Source: Tubiluchus corallicola
Taxonomy: Eukaryota > Animalia > Priapulida
Assembly (NCBI GenBank): GCA_030141605.1
Contig: JAQGDQ010001069.1
Span: 1 to 64,000 of the forward strand
Direction of reading: 5' to 3'
DNA: 64,000 nt
The notes beneath the pieces are model-generated. The model made no database searches. It saw nothing but the letters and a program-made list of their open reading frames with translations, and was not told the origin of the DNA. Positions 50,369 through 59,775 of this stretch are shown here, piece by piece. Positions within the stretch are counted from its first letter, which is position 1; every line of letters begins with the position of its first letter. Both the position numbers and the translations under genes were made by a program.

Positions 50369-51269
50369 GCCCCACACAGATACATTAACATAATTATGGG
50401 GTGCACCATATTCCAACTAGATGTTACAACAATAGGCAAAAAGCTGTATATATTTGCCTTGTACATAGAGGTTAGGTCCAAATCTAAAGGGAAAGCTTTC
50501 ACTAATCTAAGTGAGACTGAATGAATGTGAAGCAATAAAAAGAAGTTTACCAAACCAAGAGAAAGGTTTTCAAGAAGGCAGTGGCTAGAGGTACAGATCC
50601 GTACTCATCTTTTCTGCAATACCGAATACGGATCCATATTCGTAGCTATTTTTGCAACAACAGATGCATTATCGAATTACGATAGTTAGTAGAAACTGTT
50701 TAAAGACAGTGAACGGTTAGAATAACATACAGCCCCTGGACTTGCTTGTGTTTTTCTGTACTGTGGGTACTGTACTGAATTAATGATTGTGTTCTACTCT
50801 GTGAATTTTGAAGTATACTAGCTAATGTATTAGCTGTGTTTTTGTCTTTGTTTGTTTTTCAATTGCCTGAAGATGGTTTACAATAGTAAACCGAATTGTA
50901 AATCTTTTACAAAAATTTTTTTAGTTTTTGAATTAACAGTGATATCTTGTTTTTAGCACATTATAGCGCTTAACTTTGAGGGTTAACAGATGAAGATGAC
51001 TCACTGGATCTGCTCCAGTCTACTACAGCTGCTGATGACACTGTTCAAGGTAAGGTTCTTTTGTGCTACCTAATGCTGTACCTCAATGTACAGATGGCTC
51101 AGTTGGAGATTCGTTTGTGCCACTTATTGTAATGGTAAGTTATTGCTTGCTTAAAGTAAAGAACAACAATCAAAAATGAAAACTTTTTACTAATTTCAGA
51201 GAGCTAGTTTGATATAGTTTTTCATACATTTTTATAACTGATATGTTTGACAAATGTTACTCACTAACC

Positions 51270-51648
51270 TTGGTGAAATTCCCCTGTCAATAAGGCCCCT
51301 ATTTGAAAATATATATAATAATCATAATTACTGATTAATTGTATTGTTTTGTTTAGATTTAGGTGTCATCTAACTTTATTATTTTTTGTTTTCACTTATA
51401 CTGTTTTCATTTATACTTTGTTTTCATTTATACTGTTTCTTATTATTATTTTTTTCCTATTTGATTTTGTTATCCGCAGTCTCACCATTTATTTTTAATA
51501 TACTAATTTAATTATAAGACAGGGCAGGAGACTAGATGACCCTATAGTCCTTCCCTGCCCTGCTCCACGACTATAATTAAGTAATATTTAAAAAACTTGT
51601 CATGTCAAACAAATTGGAGAAAATAAATGTTCTATGTCTATGTCTATG
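51270..51648 (+). mobile_element. LINE 3'-end fragment nested in the MULE
   Basis: Interrupts the MULE internal repeat. Contains a stem-loop cagggcagg...actagatgacc...cctgccctg (51519-51563), then AATAAA and a (CTATGT)n tail. Confidence 0.6.
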
Positions 51649-51664
51649 TTATTTTACATTGCAG

Positions 51665-52618
51665 GATCCTGTGCCACAGTCTACTACTACAGCTACAGAT
51701 GACCCTGTTCAAGGTTCTTTTGTGCTACCTAATGATGCTGTACCTCAATGTACAGATGGCTCTGTTAGAGATTTGTTTGTGCCACTTGTTGTAATGGTGA
51801 GCTATTGCTTGCCTAAAGTAAAGAACAACAATCAAAAATGAAAACTTTTCATTAATTTTAGAGGGCCAGTTTAATATAGTTTTCCACGCATTTTTATAAC
51901 AGATATGTTTGACAAATGTTATTTTGCATTGCAGGATACTGTACCACAATCTACTACTACAGCTACTGATGACCCTGTTCAAGGTTCTTTTGTGCTACCT
52001 AATGATGCTGTACCTCCATGTACTGATGGCTCTGCTGGAGAATCTGTTAAAAATTCTGTAGAATCTGAATTACTCTCACTGCATGCCCCTTTAAAGCACA
52101 TTACAATGCCTCACAACATTAAAAGGAGAAGTCGACCTAAGGGATTTGAACTCACGACCGCTGAGTTACCAAGAAAACATGTGAAACCAACTCAGGTTGC
52201 ATGCAAAAAAGCTTTTAGGCTCTTGCACACAAGTGTCAAAGAGAAAATTATCCTGAATTGGTTACAAAAAGCTCCACGTGTTGATGAAGTACTAAATGGG
52301 TGCAGGAAGGTAACTGTTACTGACTTGGAATCGTGTGTTGAAGGAACGCCTCAGCAAATTCTAGATGAAAATGTTGACATCTTCATGGTTAGAAGATACT
52401 TTGCTATAGCAGGCTGGAAGAAAGTAATTCAAATGATAATAAAGAAAAAAGAAATGCATCAATATGTTTGTGACTGTTGTAGTAAAGATCTAGAATTGGA
52501 CGATTCTATTGCTTGCAATCACTGCCTATCATGGTATCACCTGAAATGTGTTTTTCTAAGCAAGCTACCAAAAAGAAAACTTGGTTTTGTAATCTTTGCC
52601 TGCCATTTTCATGAGTGA
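51665..52618 (+). pseudogene. 3' portion of a MULE transposase-like gene with C-terminal PHD finger, frameshifted
   Basis: Predicted exons 51665-51796 and 51935-52618. Contains ITMPHNIKRRSRPKG (RGRPK-like basic motif) and CDCC...IACNHCLSWYHLKC. The last PHD ligands KTWFCNLC lie in a different frame after an A-rich run at ~52570-52580. No DDE domain seen. Confidence 0.75.
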
Positions 52619-55600
52619 AGGCCTACACATTGAACTTCAAAAAGTACATGCCCACTGCATGAAAATGGTGATATGGCATTATCCACAGCCTTGTAGCCGT
52701 ACTGTTTTCCTTTGGTACCATTTTTCTTAGTTATATAATAGTTATTATATAATAATAGTTATAATAGATATAATAGTTACACTGTAAATATTAGTTAGTG
52801 TTCTTTTATTGTCTTGCAGATTGTAAGCTTCGATATACTGCTGTGAGTTGTATAATCTACCAATTAATAGTTTGTTTAATTTATTTTGTTTATAGTTACA
52901 AAAAACCTAAGTATTTTGATTAGCAAGAGTTAAAAGCTTAGAGTGTTGTGAATTTCTTAGAGTGCTGTAATATGATGAGGTACTAGCCCGTATTTTTTCT
53001 ATACAGTGTTGTGAATGTGATAACCTACTAAACTGTATTTTTCCTTAATTGTGATGTAATTTATTGACTTGTCAAATGTAGCAAAATTTTTTAGTCTTTA
53101 TGTGATATACAGTATGTCCAATTCATAAGAGCTCCTAAACTATTACATGCACCTGTTGCCAAATAATTTAGGCTGTAAATATTATAATGTGCCAATATTA
53201 CTTGCTTGATTTATTATTTTGTTTGCCATTGTAAACATTTTAAAGCTTCTTTATGTGAACCAGGTCCCATAGTAGTTTGTTATTTTATTATTTTGTTTAT
53301 CAAATTATTTTTATGTTATGTAAATGCAAATAGCAGTAAATGATATAATCGTGTATCGGTCACATTCATTATTAGTCAAATCATTCAAGGTGCTAACTAT
53401 AGTAATAATTACATTATATGAGCATGTGATAAATCAATCAAGTCATTATGCATATGATAACGTAACGTTACTCTTTATTGTTTAGTCTACATCTTGTAAT
53501 TGCTATGTTCAGTTTATTGGGACTTCAAAGAAATTTCAAAGTTGTAAAAATAAAGTTATTGTCACCAGTTTAATTCCTTGTGCTACTTTTCATTGTTGGT
53601 CTTAATTAGTGCTAAGATGAATTCAAGTTGATTTTGATACCTATATCCTGCACTACAACAGTGGTAAAAAGTTCATTTACAATATATAAGGGAGTTGCAT
53701 GGGTAAAAAATACATGATTCTCTTTCCTGTTCATGCATAGTACAGAGTTTGGTCCTTGCTTTTTCTTGAATAATCTATCTTTTTGCTACTTTCAATTACA
53801 CAATATCTTTTGTCATCATCTCTCTCAGTTTTATTTTCTAAAGATGTATGAATGACGATGTACTATTATAAATTGCATTTCTTTACATCAGTACATGTAA
53901 TAATTTTATAACCTGGATGTTGAAACAAATACTATAATTACAATAAAATAATGAAAGCCTAATCCTATTACGTTCCTAATGTTATGTTCCAGAGGAGTTT
54001 TTTAGGGGTTCACTGCTCTGTCTGGCATAGCAATTTCTATATTCTGCATGTCTGTTTTCAAAAATGGGATGAGTTGCTTTTAAAAAGTTCTTTGTGGTGT
54101 TTCATTTGATATAACTATACAAGTTTGAAATATTTGCATTATGATAGCAATCATTAATTTAGTTTTGAAAATCATATTGTTATAATTTGTGGGTATATTT
54201 GCTTAGCTGTGTCAAGCTGAATCAAGCTTGGTATGAAAATCCGTATTTTTCATCAATATCTTTCACGGTACAGGGATCCGCATTTTTTCGTTCAATAGCT
54301 TTCGCGGTACGGCGATCCCCATTCTCGTCAATATCTTTCGCGGTACGGATCGATCCGTATTTTCTACTGAATGCTTTCGAGACACGGATCCGTATTTTTA
54401 GTTGCTGCAGTTCCGGATCTGGATCCGTACCTCTACTCTAGTCACTGCCTTTCAAGAAATGATTAAATCACAGACTCTGCAAACTCTTAAGGAGATTGTT
54501 AGAAAGGGTGGAAATGGCGATGGATATGAGAAAAGAAGATAATACTACGAAAAGAAAACTAAAGGAAATAGGAGGATAGTGCTGGTAAAAAAAAGTTATT
54601 TGTGTCTCGTACATGGATAGAGTCTAAGTGCCTATCTGGATCAGATAGCATGGACACCGTGCAAACAATGAAATAACAACAACGAGATTGTTTTTGTTAT
54701 CTAGTCAGGCAAACAAGTTTTTATAGTATTTTTGTAACATATTGGAAAATAACAATGAAAATGTAGGCTCGAAAAACTCACCAATGTTACCTAAAACATG
54801 AACGCTGACATCTTCGTTCACAGCTTTTCGTCATCAGTTTTCAAAGCAGCGCAACGCACCGGCAAATATTGAAATAATATTGCCCACTCACAACACGAAA
54901 GACTATTTATTGTAATATCAACAATAATTATGACGCTCTTGTACAGTGCACACTGTACAAACAAATTGCACAGATCATAGAATTCACATTGCCAAGTGGT
55001 GGTATGTGTACAGTTTGGCAGCAAGTATAGTGATATGCAAAAATTGCATTTCTGCTAAAATTAGTGTTTTTTATATTAATAATTATACGATGTTTACTAT
55101 GCACATAAACAGGCGTGTACGATAAGGTACACTCTTATGGCCTTTCCTTATTAGTTTAAATGATACATTATACCTAACATTTTACAATATTCTGACATAA
55201 TGTGATAATTATGTACTTCACACTGCTCGTAAAATTATTAACACAGCACTTCTCGTATTACAAACACAAAAGCAGCCTTAAATATAAATTAAAGCTGAAA
55301 GCAAGATAGTATTTGCTGCGCATGTCAAGAGATGGTATCTATCAGCTTTTGAGGTACAAAGCTGACATAATTATACTGGTTTGTTTTGGGTCGAAGTACT
55401 TGTTGGAACAGATTTTATGGTGGAACCCATGAATTGCATGTCTTGTCATGACATGTTGGTACTGTCTCTTGGGTTCCTTCCATTCATTTTGAGTCATTGC
55501 CAGTGTATTTTGCTTTATACTGCCCTTACATAAATAATGAATGTACGCTGGCAGAATTAGGTTTGTTGAAAATAACTTTTTTCCATTACATTAACTATAT

Positions 55601-55639
55601 ATACAGCATGGCATAGCATCAAAAGAAAACTGGATCCAA

Positions 55640-56189
55640 TTATAAACTATTGCTCAAAACACTCTGCCCTATAAATGTTGAAAGGAAACGTACTGTTTTA
55701 AAGAATGACTTACGTGAAAAAATTACTACCTTAGAAACCTAATTTTGGCTATTCTTTCATTGTTACATATCGCCATTCATTAGTTTATGGTAGAGCCTGT
55801 GATGTTGGAAATGCGTTGCACGAAAAACAGGCGCTGTACCTCCGATTTTAGGTTTATTTCAATTGTGACATTGTGCACACATTCGAACATGAGCTGAGTA
55901 GTTGAAATTTATATTTTTAAACTTATAATTTGCTGAGCTTTGTAATACACTTTCTGTTGTACAACAGCACTGTACTTCAATTTTCTCTTCCAAAACATGT
56001 GCAATAAGCTCTTGGAAAATTGTTCAGTTGTGATGTCATCACTAGCCCGGCTGTACCGCCATTGATTTAAATTTTTAACCTATTATTTTATTAACAGAAA
56101 GACATTTGCATTATTATAGGTGTTAAATTGTATACTTTTAGCGTGCTTCAAATGGAGTAAGATATGAAAAATCATCATGTTTTCCTTTA
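55640..56189 (-). mobile_element. Inverted copy of the Kolobok-like MITE at 47738-48343
   Basis: Reverse complement ttaaaggaaaacatgatgatttttcatat...aaaagtatacaatttaacac...atgacatcacaa matches 47738-47905. The other end gttgaaaggaaac matches 48295-48308. Confidence 0.78.
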
Positions 56190-56724
56190 AATTCCTACTC
56201 TAAGATCTCGACATGTGAGTCTTTCCAATATGGCAATAATCCATGTCTCTTGCCACCCTTAATATTTTCGTTTGGTCATTTAGTTAATTTGCACTAATCT
56301 TTTATCGATTTTGATTACAATAAAAGGTACGCTTTGGAGGAAAAACCAGGCTCCCGCCTTCCACTGGCTTCCAGTGCTAGCTAGGCTACACTGTAAAGTT
56401 ATACTAGAAAGGTGATAATAAGCAAGTCGTGACGGATGCGCAAAATCGCTCAACGAGTTGTTAAGCACCAATAAAGGATTTGCGTTGTTTAATAAAACGA
56501 AGTATGTGAAAATTTGGTAGTAATTTTTCGATTTGTTAAACTTAATAAAAGTTACGTAAATGAATTGACGCCAAAGTTTAAAATTTAAGGGTCGGAAACT
56601 TGATGCCGCATTGTAAGGTGTGACTGCACCCGATGTGAAATTGATGAAACTTACAGTAACTATCATAATTTTTTTTAGTTTTTTTGTTACTGTTTCTGTA
56701 CTTGTTAGTTACTATTTGGCTACT

Positions 56725-56975
56725 TCTTACCGTTTCAGCTTTTCAAAGTCTAACTAAAAATACAAGTGTAATCACTACGGTCTGCCATCATTTGCTCAAT
56801 TTAATGAATATGTGATTAAAATTATTTTTTACACTAAGAATGTCATATTAAAATATTATTTTTCACTAACTTATTTAATCTGGTAGTGGTATAGACGTGA
56901 GGTTGTGATTATGTAACCTTAGTAAACCAGTACGCAGAATTAGTTATGTCTTTCATTTGTTTTACTTACAGAATA
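56725..56975. promoter_or_regulatory. Putative bidirectional promoter for AUP1 (-) and the zinc-finger gene (+)
   Basis: Minus-strand donor ACG|GTAAGA at 56731/56730. Plus-strand donor candidate ac|GTGAGG at 56897 and acceptor ttttacttacag ending 56971. AUP1 has an acceptor at 47036 upstream of its ATG and so needs a 5' exon. Confidence 0.45.
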
Positions 56976-57029
56976 AAGAATTAAAAGGGAATCAATTCTT
57001 AATATTAGTAACATATAAATGGAAATGTC

Positions 57030-59775
57030 ATGTTCATAACCCGCGAAAAGAGTCTTGTCATCGATCTTGTCAATGGAGATGAAGAAATAACAGAACAAGA
57101 TGAAGATGTGATAATAGGTAAAAGTTTCTATTCAGATGTTTAAGCTTAGAAGTTGTTGTTACCTTAGTTGGACTGTATGGCAGAAATATGGTATACAGGC
57201 TAATAGTTCATGTGTTGACTCTTTCTTACTGGGTATATGCATTTACCAATCAATTTTTTAAAAAAAAACTGTGATTTATTAATCAACAAGATTTCAAAAA
57301 GACTCTGGCCAATTTTTGTGCTGTATTAAAAGTTTTGAGTTCCAAATAAAAAATTTAAAATTTGTTTAAAGGCGTTTATGTACATTAAGTAAACAGTTAT
57401 CACTATTATAGTATCCGGCACGAGCGGCTTGCAGTGATGCGTCTAGGTGCAACACTCCACATGTAGATGTACTGTAAGACTGCCTTGCTTGGCAGAATGG
57501 CTTGGATTCAGGTTGTGTAATTAAGCACTATTTCAGCAAGATAGATATTTCAGCAAACTAGCAAATTGAGTTTTTTTTATTCTAACTCAAAGAAAACTAC
57601 AAAGAGTAAATGAAATGTTTCTTGGGAATCTGCTTTCTTGTCCTCTGTGGTTTTCAATCAGCAATGATTATGAACTTAGAACTGGTGGAGATAATTCATG
57701 AGTGCAGCCAACTTAGGAGTGAGAGGTATTTATAAATGATTGCAGTGAGAGGTATTTGGAGTGTATTTTGGTTTGCATTTAATTTTTAGTTATCTATAGA
57801 AGTTTACAGACATTTTGTCTGTAATTTAGCATCAACTACACTAGAATTGTCACTTAAAGCAAAACAGGACATACTTTTTAACGCATGTAATAATACCAAA
57901 GCATTTCTGAACTGAGAGCTACAGCAGCTGTTTTTTCATGCATCACATTTCTGAAATGCAGGCGCTAGTGCCCATCTAACTAACGAATAGTAAAGTGCAT
58001 GTAACTTCGAAGAAATAGCCGCGGAAACGCGAAATTACTTTTGTGTGGTAATAATTCATTCAAGTAATTCATTCTTTAAAAAATAGTGTGTTCCCTTTCA
58101 ATATTTTGAAGAGTAGATTGTTTTGACTATAATATGATTTATTTGTGCGCATATTAATATTACATTTTTCTTTACAGAGGAAAGTGCTGAGAGACACAAA
58201 CCACTCAATGACACAGTTATTGCACACCAAACCAACGGCAAGTTGACTAAAACACTCTCCTGCCTTACATGCAAGAGAGTATTTAAAACAAAACGTGGTC
58301 TTCATCAACATGAAACAGTTTGCAAGTCTGCTGAAGCAAAGGCAGTCACTTGCCATATATGCAAGCTGCTGTTTGCTAGTGAACCTTTGCTTGCAATTCA
58401 CATGACTAAGCACGTTGGTGGACAGGATCATATGTGCACATTTTGTGATAAGTATTTCGATTCTATAGCTAAACTGAAGTCGCATGTATTGGTACAGCAT
58501 GGCAATCAATATAAACATAGCTGTCTTGTTAACAGTTCTGTTCAGAATAATGCTAAAACCAACCTCAAAGGTTTCTGCGGAATCGTGTCAAAGTCACATG
58601 AAGAGTTTGCCAAGCATCCTGAAACACATTCCCACCAGCATTCATTTCGATGCCAGCAATGTAGACAGTTTTTCTCCTCTGTCAAGGAACGTCGGATTCA
58701 CAAGCTCCGTCATCACCAAAAAAAGAATTCCACTGTTGTCTGTCCTGTTTGTGATAAACGGTTTGCATTGCAGTCAATGATGAAAATACATATTGTGTCT
58801 CACCTGGGTTTCAAGCCATACATGTGTTGGATATGCGGGCGCCGCTACTGTCAAGCATACATTCTGAAATATCACTTCCGACGTCGGCACAACCATGTTA
58901 ATATTGCAACATGTTCCAGTTGTCATGTTCCATACCAAGATAGTGGAACTCATAAGTGTAAAGATTATGCAGAGGAAATGCTGAAAGCTTTGAGGAGAGG
59001 CACTCCCTTGACTGAGCTTAAAAATACAATTCTGTTTCATAGTGATAAAGAAGAGTCTGATGAGGTGACATGCATAAATGACACACCTTTTATCTATGTA
59101 AGTGATAGCGAGACAATCAGTCAGGTAAATACTCCAACTACCTCATCAACAGCCACTGTAGAAAAGCAATATATTCAAGAAATTCCACATGAACAAGCAA
59201 AAGAGAATCTTCTAGTGATTCAAGATGCAGTTGAGGAAAAAGATTGCATTGTAGAAGATGATGATGTTGGTGTTACCGAAACAGAAATTAATGATGTACA
59301 GGAGGTTACATTCACAAGCTTAGAAAAGAAAGCTGAAAAACAGACATGTTCCAGTACTGCTATTGAAGATGTTGTCAGTATTGTCATAGAAAATTCTGAC
59401 AACTATGTAGAAGCTCATGACCCTGAGGTATGTCACCAGAAAGTAGCTGTTAATGATGTTTGTTCTTTAGCTGAGAACCAAAGGAAGCTATCTTACCAAG
59501 ATGCTGGAACAGGTACAGGTGTAAAACCACCAACTGTTCTTCATTCGGGTTTACCTACAATGTTTAAGTGTGATGCCTGTTCAATAGACTTTAATGATAG
59601 CATCCTTCATGCTATGCATCTGTCTTTGCATGGAGGTGATGCTCAGTTTCAGTGTTCTGTTTGCAAAGAAATTCTAGATGACAAGTACACTTTCTCAGCA
59701 CACTTGTTTGCTAAACTTCAAAGGCATACCATTGAGATGAGTCCAGTGTCCCAAATACCAAGTGCCTTTAAATGA
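57030..59775 (+). CDS. Multi-C2H2 zinc-finger protein with C-terminal Ikaros/Hunchback-like finger pair, 2 coding exons, 561 aa
   Basis: Exon 57030-57117 (MFITREKSLVIDLVNGDEEITEQDEDVII, donor G|GTAAAA) joins in phase 1 to acceptor tttacag|58178, in frame with ORF 58243-59775. About six N-terminal fingers, an acidic linker and two C-terminal fingers. Confidence 0.9.
57900..58130 (+). repeat. Partial copy of the Kolobok-like MITE in the zinc-finger gene intron
   Basis: aaatgcaggcgctagtgcccatctaactaacgaat...cctttcaatattttgaagagtagattgttttgac matches 48159-48333. Confidence 0.8.

Larger units (their letters stand above)
50577..54449 (+). mobile_element. Mutator-like element (MULE), 3873 bp, non-autonomous, carrying a PHD-finger gene fragment
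   Basis: Terminal inverted repeats GGCAGTG(G/A)CTAGAG...GGTAC(A/G)GATCC. Perfect 9-bp duplication TTTCAAGAA at 50568-50576 and 54450-54458. Subterminal ACGGATCCG(TA) repeats at both ends. Confidence 0.93.

Noticed and set aside
51905-52618. Stand-alone host PHD-finger gene
   Set aside because: It lies inside terminal inverted repeats with a 9-bp duplication, its listed ATG is in a predicted intron, and the PHD is frameshifted.
54822-54842. Minus-strand CTGATGA-C-GAAA hammerhead core
   Set aside because: No stem II between the core segments and no flanking stems; likely chance.
58069-59402. Antisense and alternative-frame ORFs over the zinc-finger exon
   Set aside because: Shadow ORFs of a real coding exon with no recognisable motifs.
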